From NCBI GenBank assembly GCA_951406725.2, contig OX597818.1, forward strand, positions 107,446,001-107,510,000: a stretch of DNA of 64,000 nt, given 5' to 3'. The translations under genes were made by a program, and so were the position numbers. Below, piece by piece: positions 26,791 through 40,256 of this stretch (position 1 is the stretch's first letter; the number at the start of each line of letters is the position of its first letter). The notes under the pieces were generated by a model. It was not told where the DNA came from and did no database searches. It saw only the letters and a program-made list of their open reading frames with translations. Source of the DNA: Octopus vulgaris. Lineage: Eukaryota.

Positions 26791-29700
26791 ATTGAGTTCT
26801 GCAATTAATTATCTAAACCCTCACTGGGTAACATTGGTCTTCAGTTAGCTTAAGTTAAATTAAGCTAGGTTGGGAGTGATAGTGTAACTGTAGAATTATA
26901 AAATATTTGGTAGCATTTATGGTGTGAGAGACAGGACATTTTTCTCTAATTTGAGGGCAAAATAGCCTGGGGATCCGAGTTTTTCCTGAAAATATTAGTG
27001 AAGTCTATACCCTGTGATGTTTCTATATATTCTTTTTTATTGGATTTAATGAAATCTCCCACTTGTAGTCTTCTTTGGAGCTGGTGTCTTTTCCATTATC
27101 ATTGTATTTCCAGGTAGGCTTTGTACCTTCAATCATTATAATTCTTAGGGTACATGTGAGTGTGTCCAATACAATCACAGTCCTTACATTTAGACCACTA
27201 AAATAATTTATATTGAATTTATTTTGCTAGTTACCTTAGCTGCATCTACAGCCATAACTACACAATGCCACTCTATAAAATTTCTATGTAAGAATTATTG
27301 TGTTATTGGGAATCCTAAAAGTATTCTTATGCTTACTTCTTGTATCATTTCTAAATTTCTACAGTTATACATAAAAAAATTATGTAGCTGGGAAAATATA
27401 AAACTAAACAGCATTTCTTACTACAGAAGAGAGCAAAGAGAAAAATTGTATTCCTTGGCTCATGAAAGAATGATAGCAGCTTAAATGTTCCCTCATGTCA
27501 GTTAATACAATCCCTCCTGAATAAATCAGGAGAAATCTTCTTATGTAAAGAAAAACAAACGCTATCTGATGTACCTTTGAAGCAAAAAAAAGGCAGCCAA
27601 AATACAAGTTGAATTTGTCAAACACACCTCTGACTATAAATCTGTGCCTCGTACATGGGTCAAAGAAATATAAATTTGATAATAAAAGACATTGAAAATG
27701 ACATAGATCTGAGATTAGTCATAATTTTGTATTGCAGTAAGGATGGGTTCTCAAAACAGGGCTAATGAAAGGGACCATGTAGTCAGAGGTCCCATCAAAT
27801 GGGTTTTACCAGTCCTAATAACACCCAAAGGCCACAGAGCCATATTGAAACAATACCCAAGGTGTTGAGATAAAGAGCATGAGGTTAATGATACAAGGGC
27901 AGAAAACCTCAATGTTTGTATAATTGTCAAGAATAAAACTCAATGCCTGGGAGAGCAGGGAATTCTAAGTAAAAAGCAAAGAAAAAGAAAAAAATAATCA
28001 TCAAGGTCAGCTGCAACTGCAGAAAGAACAACAAATCCAGTCAAAACTCTGGGAATGGCAAATGGAATAGCTTTATAGACATTGTTAGAAAGAGATAAGC
28101 AAACAGTCGATTCCGTCATGGTGCCTTAATGCAACATGAAAGAAAGGAAAACTACAAATAAAAGAAAACTTTTAAATTATTAATGATAATGCAAAAAGAA
28201 AAAAAATCTCAAAAAAGATAATTCAATGAAAAACAATGAAATAGATTGAGGAGAGACAGTTTCTTCGCAAGAACAATTCTAAGCTTCCTTGAGAATATAA
28301 TGAATGGAGTGAAAAGGGCAAAGGTTAACAATGTCTAATACAACTGAGAAGAGTTACAAAGTCTATAGAAAGTGAAGAGAGTGCACTGCCAGTATTCATT
28401 CTCTATAGAAGGCAAGAAACCTCTTCCCTTACCAAAAATACAAATTCTTTCCAGTTGCCAGATTTCAAGCCACATCTCTGTCACAGCTGAGCACCAAATC
28501 CTACCCATTTAATTTACCCTCTACTCCTATCCTCCTCCTCCCCCCCTCTCATTTTCCCCATTGCACTTTCTTTTAATTTCTTCCTCTGCTCCACTTCATG
28601 CTACACTGTTGCACACTACCATTACTCATTCCAAAATAGCAATCCTACCAATCCTGTACCTTAACTGTGCCTCTGTAAAAGGATGACCAGTGCCAGTGAT
28701 GAGAACCACTGTCCACCATATTGCTGGTAGTTTGTATGCAGGGAAGAAAACAAAAAGCTTTTTATAACATAAAACTTTTAGCGGAAGGAGTTAGTCGACA
28801 AATTTTTATTCTCAAACTAGTAACCACACAGATCGATGGAATATTGATCTCTATGGTTGGTGGGATTAAAAACAAAATTTGTTTAATTTTAATGTGCCTA
28901 ATCGCGCATATGATACAAGTAGCTAAGGAGATGCCCTGCATCATATCTGTGACACCTGAAAGCTAAGTGCTGAGAGGTGAGTGTACACTGCAACACCTGA
29001 TGCAATGTTCAACACTTCTAAGATGCCAAGGAATTATTCATAACAATGCAAACAGCCAGAAACGAAGTACATCTCACAAAGCTGCACCTTTGATGACATG
29101 ATGCAATGTTTTTTTTTTGCAGCTATTTAATTATATATTTTGCTCTTCCCAGCAGTTTTAATAACACCTCAGGGAGTCACACAATGACCACGTTATGCAT
29201 TATCAATAATTGCTAAAACACCTGAATATTTGGCAATTTATTTTTTGTGGGAGTGCTTTTATAGGTGCTGATATTAGGATTCATAGTTGAGTGGTATTTC
29301 GAAGGTGGTTTTTTTTTAATGTCTCTCTCTCTCTCTCTTTCTCTCTTCTCTTTTTCTTTCCTCTTCTCTCTCCTCCTCCTTTCTCTCTGTATGTGTGTGT
29401 ATTTGAATTTTGCTTTGGTCAAGATTAAAGGGTTTCAAAACTTACTTGTGTGTAAATTCTGTATTTCATGGGATTTGGTATATCAATTATTTAAGGTTGA
29501 GCGATTTTTTTAATATGCTTTTATGCGTTTTTGATCAAATTTTGTTTTTGTTGGTGTCTTTGTTTGCTTGGATAAGAAGTGCAATGCATTGTTTGTTTAA
29601 TCTGTTCGTGACTCAATTCTCGTGAATGAAAATTTTTTTGTAATGCCTGATGTATATTTGTGGCTTTGTGTTTGTGTGTATATGTGCATGAGATGTATTA

Positions 29701-30229
29701 CGTGTTTAATTTAGGTTGGCGGCTATTTACATTGGATTCAAATAAATGGCAATTTCGGTGTGTGTGTGTGTGTGTGTGTGTGCATTTTATTGTTGTTGTT
29801 GGCCACTGCTTAATCCTGTTTGGAGTTCTGATCCTTTTTTAAAGATGAATTTATGTTAATGTCTGCAGTGTGAGCTAATCTCATTTCTCTTGTTATGTAA
29901 GAGTGTGTATTGTATGATTTTATTAGATATTTCTGTGATGCACGGAGAGTAAATATTCAGGAACAATATATATTTATGACGGTGCACTGTCTAAACAAAT
30001 TACATTATGAAAGTAACATTTTAACCACTGGAAAATTTAGGAGCAGATAAAATTGTTATATTCAATTTTAATTCATTTCTCAATGGTACAGTTTATTAAG
30101 TGTTGCAAAATTCTATCACGCTTTTAACACTTAGTTGCTGACAGGTTTCTACTGCAGACTGAGAGCTGCAGGAAATATGTGACTAAGTCACAAAAGCGAA
30201 ACAGAACAGAACAGAACCTCTAAGTATTA

Positions 30230-31420
30230 GTATTATTGTTTTTATTTAGCTTGGGTTGAATTTATTAATCAAGTTCTTTTCTCTGATTTTTTTTTTTTTT
30301 CAATTTCACTTGGACTGTGTAGCTGGTAGATGGAAATATAAATATTTTCCAACCACATGTTGCTAAATGGCTACTTGGAGGTATCTGATGGACATCTGGG
30401 TCTCTAATTTGTTGTTGGTGCAGATGTGAATGTTCTGATAGGCCATTTCCAGTTTGACCCACATTTGAACATTTGATGTAGTGAGTGAAATTTCTGCTTT
30501 TTCAGTTCGTATTTGCATTGTGAATATTTTTCCAGTTTTTGTGTTCACATATTGGCACGTACCACATCGGCTATCATTACCTTTCGAAACATTGATCTTT
30601 GTTGCTAAGGTCAAATTTCGCCTTTCTTAATAATTTTTTCAAGTTTTTAGGCTGTCTTTTATGAAGAACCATAGCTTGATCTGTTATTATATGCTTTAAT
30701 TACTTTGAGCAATGATTGGTAGGATTACTTTGGCAATGTTGAAGATATTCTGGTGACATGTGCTGTGTGTCACTATAAATGGTATGACTTGTTCTTGTTT
30801 TCCTCTTCTTTGAGTAGTCCTAAGTTGTATGGATATTTTTATAGCCAGCTGTATGCTATCTTCTATAAGTAGAGACAGGGTATTTTTGTTTCAGCAAAAA
30901 TCCTCTTAGTTCTGTTAGGCGTTTGTTCATGATACTCACATCTTCTACAATGATACAAATTCTTCTGGTTTGGCAGTATGGGATGTTGTGTTTTGTTTGT
31001 GGTGGATGGCATGACTTAAATTTCAGGTATTGATGTGTGATTGTAGTATATATCTGTGGTAACAGTGGTGTCTTTTTTAATTACCATTATATCTAGGAAT
31101 GGTAGTGTGGTACTACTCATCTCCTTTGTAAATTGGAGAGATGGGTGTAGGTTATTCAGGAGGATATTGAACTCTTCCAGAGTATTTAGAGATTCTGACC
31201 AGATTATGAAACAATCGTCAAGGTATCTCTTCCATGCCTTTTCAATATAATTTCTTAATCTAGAGCTAGAGTTTTCTTCTACTTCTTGGTAGAGTTGTTG
31301 TTCCAAATATCCCATTACAGGGTTTGTGCAAATGGGAGCAAACATCGCTCCCATCGCCATGCCTTTAATTTTGATGTAATTCTTTCCATTGAAGAAGAAT
31401 GTGTTGTTTTCCAGAATACT
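30230..31420 (-). pseudogene. 5'-truncated Penelope-like retroelement (RT + GIY-YIG endonuclease), frameshifted
   Basis: RT motifs KGMAMGAMFAP..N..MGYLE, WKRYLDDCFIIW, LNNLHPSLQFT.E...LPFLD+.+...TTDIY; then RCGTCQY and GQTGNGL..H..QIRDP..QIP.SSHL (GIY-YIG region). Confidence 0.9.
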
Positions 31421-31659
31421 ATTTTTACTGCTACAACCACTACCACTAACAACAACAACAACAACACTAAAGGTGCTCATAATGATGATAGCAGAAAAAT
31501 CCTAAGTCAAGAGAAAATCAGTAAAAATAATCTTATTTTAGGGATTAAAGTTCTATTACCATAGCTATTCCTACAACCACCACCACCACCACCACCACCA
31601 TCAACAACAACAATAATAAAGGAGACGATAATTGAAATGTAAAAATCCCAGGGAAATGT

Positions 31660-31857
31660 TACTCTTTTACTCTTGTACTTTTTTTCAGTCATTTGACTGT
31701 GGCCATGCTGGAGCACCGCCTTCAGTCGAGCAAATCAACCCCAGGACTTATTCTTTGTAAGCCTAGTACTTATTCTATCGGTCTCCTTTGCCGAACTGCT
31801 AAGTTACAGGTATGTAAACACACCACCATCAGTTGTCAAACACACACACAAACATAT

Positions 31858-31924
<67 letters not shown>

Positions 31925-32085
31925 TACAACGGGCTTCTTTCAGTTTATATCTATCAAATCCACTCATAAGGCTTTGGTCAGCCTGAGGCTATAGTAGAAG
32001 ACACTTGCCCAAGGTTTCATGCAGTGGGACTGAAACCGGAACCATGTGGTTCGTAAGTACGCTACTTACGACACAGCCACTCCTA
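31660..32085 (-). mobile_element. SINE family A, full length with internal (TA)n
   Basis: Minus-strand head GGAGTGGCTGTGTCGTAAG..GGTTTCAGTCCC; tail matches other copies. Confidence 0.85.
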
Positions 32086-32639
32086 CACCATTTCTAAAAA
32101 TAGCTCAACAATTACTGCTTTGGCTAGGATCAAAATACAGGTCACTTGACATGTTCAACAAACCACGATGCCTAAACAAAACACCAATCAACTTAATTAA
32201 CTTAGTAAAATCATACACTGATTGGTCAGAATACAGTTTGCAAAAATTAACATTCTGGAGCCTATACAAATGTATTTAAGGCACACAGTTTATCCATCTC
32301 CCTACAGTTGTAAATTGTAAAACATAACTGTCACCACTGCTACATGGACCTGAAGATTGCATAGTTTAATGTATGAAAGTACTAGTTCAATCAGAATAGA
32401 CAAGGTTTATTTATACAAAAATTCATACACAGGATCAATTTTACATTTGTATGATTTGCAAAAGTTTAAACTGTTGAGGAATGCAAATATGTGTGACAAA
32501 TTGTAGTTTCAAAGCGATAATGGTATAAATAAATCTTCATATATACTTTCTGCACATTTTCAACTTCCTTTTTGTTCTTTTATATTACTAGTTGTATAGA
32601 TTATTAACTCTGTCTCTGTCTCTGTCTCTTTTTCTCTCT

Positions 32640-33112
32640 GACAGTTGCATAAAGAAGTGTCAAGCTCTAATTATGGAGGGCACCTGTGGAAGGGGTAAAC
32701 CCAAGAAAGTATGGAATGAAGTGGTAGGAAAGGATCTTCGGATGCTGGGCCTCAATGAGGAAATGACGAGGGACCAGGAGACGTGACAGTTTTCTGTACT
32801 TGCTTAGATGCATCGAGCTAAGTAAAATTGCTATTATCCATACATACGGGATTGTCCTTTCAGGTACAGATGCCGCTTAAAAAGCACCCATGCTGGTGCT
32901 GCTCAGATGCACACATGCCGGTGGCACATGAAAAGCACCCATCACACCCTATTAAATGGTTGGTGTTAGGAAGGGCATCCAACCGTAGAAACCATGCCAC
33001 AACATACAGGTGGAATCCGGATAGTTCTCTACTAGCCAGCTCCATGTCAACCCGTCCAACCCATGCCAGCATGGAAAGCAGATGTTGAATGATGAGGATG
33101 ATGATGATGATA
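32640..33112 (+). mobile_element. 5'-truncated RTE-clade LINE
   Basis: SCIKKCQALIMEGTCGRGKPKKVWNEVVGKDLRMLGL (RTE C-terminus), then 3' UTR and (GAT)n tail. Confidence 0.8.
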
Positions 33113-33379
33113 TCACCTTGTTTTTCCAAAACTAATGCCTTGTGGGCAAAATCCTTTGTGGGGAAGGTGACACCATCCTTGCTGTGCAGGCCTAAAAATT
33201 TTCTTTCTGGCAGGTCACATCAGTTCCCAGATATTACACCCAGAGAGAAAACATGTGTGCACTCGTCAGGTTTTTGCTTTCCTGCAAGATGAGTGAATGC
33301 TTCAAGCAGGGACCATAAACTCAGGTCTCATTACCAGTGATGATGGTCTTCATGAAGTTCGGGCCGTGGTTTGTCTAGT

Positions 33380-33550
33380 CCAACATGTTCTGAGCGATTT
33401 CCATGCAGAGTTGTACTACACCTGGACTTCACAGATGATATGACACTCATATCTAATGAAATAGATCAAGCACAACAGCTGCTCAGCAGAGTAGAAAGGT
33501 CAGCTGCTAAAATAGGACCACAGACAAATGTCAAGAAAGCTGAATGCTAA
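33380..33550 (+). pseudogene. RTE-like RT fragment
   Basis: LDFTDDMTLISNEIDQAQQLLSRVERSAAKIG..NVKK (FADD motif region). Confidence 0.6.
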
Positions 33551-33896
33551 AACAAGTCCAAAGTCAGTCAATGTGCCTAGTAGCCATCTCTCAGTCACCA
33601 AGAGACAAATATCCTTGTAAGCAATTGTCAGGTGAATCAAGAGTTGTGTTCCATCCAATTCTCTGCAATTTAATCACTCTGTAGCAATGAAAAAAACAAA
33701 CAACCATTCAACACCCTGGCTTCACCACATAACTACTACAACCCACACCTTGTCGAAAAACTCTTCAAATTCTTTAACTTTCAAGACTGAACCCAGAACT
33801 AATAATACTACTGCTACTACTGTGACCCTTAAAAACTCACATTCAGTACAACACGTATGATTTTATTGAATAAAGTTTGCATTTTTCTACACATTG

Positions 33897-34270
33897 TGAC
33901 TCTGTGGTAAGAAGTTTGCTTCTCAATCACATGGTTCTGGGTTCAGTCCCACGGTGTGGCACCTTGGGCAAGTGTCTTCTACAATAGCCTCAGGCTGACC
34001 AAAGCCCTCTGAGTGGATTTGGTAAAGAGAAACTGAAAGAAGCCCACTGTACACATATATGTGTTTGTGTCTTTGTGTCTGTATTTGTCCCCTACCAACA
34101 CTTGACAACCGGTGTAGGTGCGTTTACATCACCATAACTTAGCAGTTCAGCACAAGATACTGGTAGAATAAATATCAGACTTAAAAATAAAAGTAAACAA
34201 GGACTGGAATCGATTTGTTTGGTTAAAAATCTTCAAGGTGGTGCCCCCAGCATGGCCACAAGATAAAAGA
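33897..34270 (+). mobile_element. SINE family A
   Basis: TGTGGTAAGAAGTTTGC..GGTTCAGTCCC head and shared body. Confidence 0.8.
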
Positions 34271-34589
34271 GAATCTCAAAACTCACCTTAATCTTTACAT
34301 TGTGAACAATTTAGGCAAAGTTCTTCTGGTTATCTGTTGATTGTTATTTGTTATGTGGTGGAAGCATGTTTAGTTTTGATTACATTGGAAACGAATGAGA
34401 CCCTTTTAGCTTGATATCGACATCCCAAAAGGTCATAACCGGTCAAATGTCTTCAGAACAGGTCTAAAGAGGAAGGATTTTATGTAGTTAGGTTGTTTTA
34501 AAACTAAAAATGCATGAATGAGGAATTTGTATCAATGAATTCCCTTTATAGAATTCTCAGTAAAAATTGATGAAATCCATTCGAATTTC

Positions 34590-34676
<87 letters not shown>

Positions 34677-35523
34677 TTCACTTATTTTAACTGATTTTAT
34701 AAGAAATTTTCAAACATTTTATGTGCATTTTATCTTGACATTATGTGTAATTGAACAATCCTTGAGAATATCCCAGGTCAAAACATTTGTATGTATTGCA
34801 ATTTTATCGTGTACCATTTTCAATATTGTTAGGACATCAAAACTGTTTATTTTAATATTGTAAAGTAGATAAATAGATAAATAAATACAAAAATATAACA
34901 AAGTATGGAACACTAGAATAAGCAGGAACCCAAATAAATTTTGTTCTGTCTATTTGCATTCTGAGTAGAATTTTTGCTGGAGTTGACAATCATTTGCATT
35001 CCTGCAAGAATGGATTGTGCCGCCTCTTCTTTACAACAATTGTGTCTCTCTCTCTCAATTTGTATGACCTCACCAAGGTTGAAATGCTGTATTAATATTG
35101 CTGTTATCTATATTATCGTTTCAGAGATGGGAAGTTGGAATATTAATATTCTTCTCAGTGGCATTATCCAAAGAATATATAAACAATTCCAAATAAGAGC
35201 TAAACCCACTTTACAAAACACATAAAATCCAACAAGACCAAGAAATACAGAAATATCATTACCACAACTGCACACACCCAACTTGCCCTCCCACATGCTA
35301 CATTTTTATCACCCTTCTCTCTCTCTCTCTCTCTCTCTCTTTCTCACATGCAGACAGACATACATACACAGAATTATGCAATTCTATTCACATATACAAG
35401 ATTGATTCTATAAAACTTTCAACAAACAAAACAGTATTCATTGAAATCAATTTCATTTTTGTTCTGTAGAATGATTCTGTGTCAGGCTGAAAGATCAAAG
35501 ACCTCCTGCCGTATCTATTGTCT

Positions 35524-35556
<33 letters not shown>

Positions 35557-36473
35557 CTATTCTATTGGCTGGAATCTGGGATCAGAATCCCAGATTAGAA
35601 CCTAATCGACAAGAACCACAAACGTCACTATGAATTATAGACACTCCCATCAGATTCGCTTTTAGATCATTAATACTTATGAAGCAGAAAATATTAACAG
35701 CAATAGCAAAAACAACAACATTAACAGAAACAATAACAACAACATGTAAAAACTAAATTAATCATCATCAGCAGCAACAAGGGCAACAGACTCAAATGCT
35801 TTGTGGAATTTGTCCTGGCTCTTTCAGGTTTTAAGTTCAGATTCTTCCAAGGTCAAAGCTGCCTTTTATTTCTCTGGATCAATAAAGGCCCAGTGAAGAG
35901 AAGGGGTTGATATCATCAACTGTTCTTTCCCTCTCAAAATTTACGTACTTGTGGCTTTATGACGAACCATTATCTATACCAACAGGGTTGCAACTAGCAG
36001 CACTGGCAACATTCAGAGAACTATTGAGGAAACTTTCACTCAGTCATGGGATCTGCCAGAAATGGATGCTAAAGGTCCCTGAAATCGCTCTCTGATGTCC
36101 TATATATAAAGAAGAGACATTAAATGAAGTCATCCTATAAAGTGCTAACAAGTCAGGATGGCCATCACTGGAATGTATTTGATAATAGATATGTTTAGTT
36201 CTGGCTGTGCTGGGGTTAAATAATGGCAACATTTTTGATAGCCGTGAGCAGATGTATCATTTTCAAATATATTGTTATCAGTACCACCACACCACCACCA
36301 CCACCACCACCATCAGCAGTAACAGCACTATGAACTACAAAGACTCAAGTATATATACACATGTATATATCTATACATACACTCACACACACTCACACAC
36401 ACACACATGATGATAATTATATATATATATATATGTATATGTATATATATATGTATATATATATATGTATATG

Positions 36474-36532
<59 letters not shown>

Positions 36533-36655
36533 GTATATATATATATATACATACATATACATGTATATATATATAAATATGTATATATATGTTTGTATGT
36601 ATATATATATGTTTGTATATATACACACACACATATATACATACATATACATGTG

Positions 36656-36713
<58 letters not shown>

Positions 36714-37241
36714 ATGTATATGTATGCATCTATACATGCACACAAACATACATATATATATTTACATAAAAATGCATTACTATTAAACCGTACCACAAAC
36801 ACCCACAAAATGCAAAAAAAAAACAAAACAAAAAACAAAACAAAAACAAAGAAACAACAGCTGAAATAACAAATATATCACCGTATTTTTGTTGTTGTTG
36901 TTGGTGTTGTTGTTTCTTTTCTTTCTTTCATGTTAATTATAATGTTCCTATTTGCTTGATTTATTTTAATTTTCTGTCATTTCTCTCGACTATTTGTTAT
37001 TTGATGTTTTATTTATATATTTTGCTGTGTTCTGTGTAATTTCCTGGTTTTGTTATCAGCAAGTTTGGATATCTTCATTAATATAATTTGTGTTGCTTTA
37101 CAATATTAATAGATTATTTGCTGATACTGTTTAATCGAGGAGGAACCGGGTAACTCCTGATCGACTCTTATCGCAACCATATTATTGTTAGAAAACAGAA
37201 AAAAAATTGTAGATACACTTTTATACATGAGTATATTCATA

Positions 37242-37290
<49 letters not shown>

Positions 37291-37424
37291 CTGTGTGAGT
37301 GTGTGTGTCTGTGTAAATAGGGTGAGAGAGATGGAAAGAGAATTATGAGGTTGTCTTTGCAAATATTTCCACAGACAAAAAAGCTAAAAATAATAGCTAA
37401 TGTTATTGTCATCCTATCAACTAT

Positions 37425-38105
37425 GGGAACAAGGCCTGAAATGTGATGGGAGGTGGGATGTGGGCTTGTCGATTACGTCGACCCCAGTACTAACCTTGAA
37501 CATGTTGTATCAACCCGGAAATGATAAAAGGCAAACTTGACCTTTGTGGAATTTGAACTCAGAACATAAAGCTGGATGAAATTCCACTAAGCATCTCAAC
37601 CAGCCAACAATTCTTCCGGCTCACCATTTTAAATAATCCTTTCTACTAAAGGCACAAGGCCTGAAATTTGGTAGGAGGGGACTAGTTGATAACATCAACC
37701 CCAGTGCGTAACTGGTACTTAATTTATCGACCCTGAAAGGATGAAAGGCACAGTTGACCTTGGCAGAATTTGAACCCAGAATGTAGTGATGGGCGAAATA
37801 CTGCTAAGCATTTTGCCTGGCATGCTAACGATTCCGCCAGCTCACCACCTTCATCACTTTAAATAATAATAATAATAATGATAATAATAATAATAATATT
37901 AAGCTGTTCTACTGAAGGTACAAGGCTTGAAATTTGTGGGGTGGGAGCAAGTTGATTTGAATGACCCCAGTGTTTCACTGGTAATTAATTTATCAACCCT
38001 AAAAGGCAAAGTCAGCTTTGGCAGAATTTGAACTCTGAACATAGAGATGCATAAAATGCCCCCAAGCATTTTGCCTGGCATGCAATTGGTTCTGCTAGCT
38101 GGACG
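37425..38105 (-). mobile_element. Three same-orientation family B (Meta-core-like) SINEs (~37425-37628, 37650-37850, 37915-38105)
   Basis: Each has CAAGGCCTGAAAT..CCCCAGT..ATCGACCC.GAAAGGATGAAAGGC..GAATTTGAAC..CCAGCTCACC; separated by AAT-rich spacers. Confidence 0.8.
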
Positions 38106-38214
38106 ACATAAAGGTTTATGCAAAAAATGATAAATATTATAGGCACTAGTGACATCAATATTAGGAATTCTAGAAAATCTGGACATTTTGGGGAGAATTC
38201 TCTTTCTATGTTAA

Positions 38215-38437
38215 CCCATTAAGTCCCACTGTCCTAGAAATAGGACACTAAATGAGAACATTAAATAAGCTATATCACATTGTCTCAGTGTCCTATTTAT
38301 AGGACACCCAGTATTTCCATTTTTACTTGAAGTAAAGGAGTTTAAATAATTATTTTTTTCACTTTAACCTATTTTCAGTCATCTGTAAAAATTTAAAAGT
38401 AATATTCAGAAATTTAAGTACTCTGGGACTTAATGGG
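38215..38437. mobile_element. piggyBac-type MITE (223 bp, TTAA TSD)
   Basis: TTAA|CCCATTAAGTCCCA ... TGGGACTTAATGGG|TTAA with perfect 14-bp TIRs; two internal GTCCTA..TAGGAC palindromes. Confidence 0.9.
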
Positions 38438-38544
38438 TTAAAACAAAAAACAGACTTTATCAGTTGGTTCAACGTGTCTCAAAGACTGAAAAAGATGGTT
38501 CTGCAATATCTTGCTGAACACTTTGCACAAATGATTGGTTTCTA

Positions 38545-38750
38545 GGGATCAAATGTGTGTGCTCACTTCCTCCATCAAATCCTCGTTTCCTAAACAGGTG
38601 TGCCACACATCAGGTGTTGAATGATCACTAAGCAATGTGAGATGGAGTGTTTTGCTCCAGAACACAATGCACCTCCTGGTCCAGGTATTGAAACCAAGAT
38701 TTCTTGTCTGTGAGTGTAACAGTCTCACCACTGGGCCATGCATCCTCACC
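38545..38750 (-). mobile_element. SINE family C (tRNA-like head)
   Basis: Similar to 10340-10461 and 47380-47762. Confidence 0.65.
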
Positions 38751-39395
38751 AATGGGCCATCATAGAGCTTGTTATATCACAGAAATGTTTAAAAACGAAT
38801 TAATGACAACAGATATAGTTCTCCCAGAGTTTACAGAATAATCCAACTGCTACACGTTAGATAATGATAGAAAATCATTTTGGTCCGAAAATAATAGCTA
38901 AAAAATGCGAGCACAATTAAATAGATGTCATATCCGACAAATAGAAAAAATATATAAGCTGCATAGTAAAGAGAAAAGGTTTTCATATATTAACGTGGAT
39001 TGTAACTACTTGCTCATAGTTTTTAAAAACTGACCAGAAATATTGGCAGAAGATCTCACTTGTCTAATAAAGAAATCTTTGATACAGCTGCACACTATTA
39101 TAATAATGCAGCAGAAGCTATTAGCTTAATGATAAGATTAAATACATCTTTAATCTTTTCTGCCCACAAACAGAAAGACATGTCATAATATTATCTGGTT
39201 CATTTCTCTTTTCTTGCTAATGTTTAATCTAAGATAGTTCAAATTTGGTTGGTCTTGATATATAATCATTTTCCTCTTAACCATTGTTATAAGAAATTAT
39301 TTCATAAAAGAATTAAACATAATTATTAGTACAAGTAGTATAAAAACTCCTTATAAGAAATAACTTAACTATTTTAAAAACCGTAAATTATTCAG

Positions 39396-39689
39396 GATGT
39401 GGAACCGAGTGCCTTCTTGGCTTTGTTGCGATTCCTCTATTGCAATGAAGTCCAAATTAATCCTCAGACGATTGTGACTACTCTGTATGCTGCTAAAAAA
39501 TGCTCTGTGCCAGCACTGGAGAAGGAATGTGTTGAATTTTTGAAAGGTAACCTCTCCAGTGACAATGGCTTTTTGTTGCTCAGCCAAGTGAGACTGTTTG
39601 ATGAGTCACTCTGCATGGAAACTATTCATGAAAATACTTTGGAGACCCTCACAGCTGAAGGCTTCACAGACTATTGCAGTACCAAATAA
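39396..39689 (+). pseudogene. BTBD1/BTBD2-like BTB-BACK fragment (probable pseudogene piece; isolated exon not excluded)
   Basis: [92 protein letters not shown] aligns to recalled BTBD1/2 ([72 protein letters not shown]). It lacks PQLA, has KKY>KKC, and stops soon after GFTD. Confidence 0.8.
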
Positions 39690-40101
39690 AGTGCAGTGAA
39701 GCAGACTGACAGACACAGACAGACAGACTGGCAGACAAACTGACAGACAGGCAGAGACATATGTGTCTTAAGCTTCATCTCAAGAAAGGCTACTTTTCTG
39801 ACTGACAAGCAATTGCTCACCACTACAACTTGCAGCCTGCAGAGGTGCTGTCTTCTCTCTCTTTTGCTATAATTACCCTGACATCCATTCAAGTACTCCT
39901 GATTCATTTCTCACCGCCTCATTACCAATATTGCATCTCCCAACACAACAACCACCACAACCAGTCAAGCTCCAGGTTAATTACTCCACTTGGTTGTTTT
40001 CCCTAGTGTAACAGCCCACTCACGTCTTTCCTGCAGCTGTGGACCTACAAATGTAGAAAAGGGTTGTGCCAGTTGCTTTTGCTAGCTTTACCCCATTCTG
40101 A

Positions 40102-40256
40102 TATCATCATCATCATCATCGTTTAACGACCGTTTTCCATCCTGGCAGGGGTTGGACAGTTTGGCTGAGGTTTGGAAAGCCTGGAGGCTGCCACAAGCTC
40201 CAATCTGATCCAGCTGGATGCCCTTCCTAATGACAACCACTCTGAGAGTGTAGTGG
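40102..40256 (-). mobile_element. RTE 3' UTR/SINE end that hosts the 66-bp array
   Basis: (CAT)n-CGTTTAACG..CCAT..GGGTTGGAC..GGATGCCCTTCCTAAT..AGTGGGTGC matches 43490-43670. Confidence 0.75.

Noticed and set aside
28915-28983. Host exon ending at GAG|GTGAGT
   Set aside because: A single good donor site with no clear acceptor or recognisable coding content.
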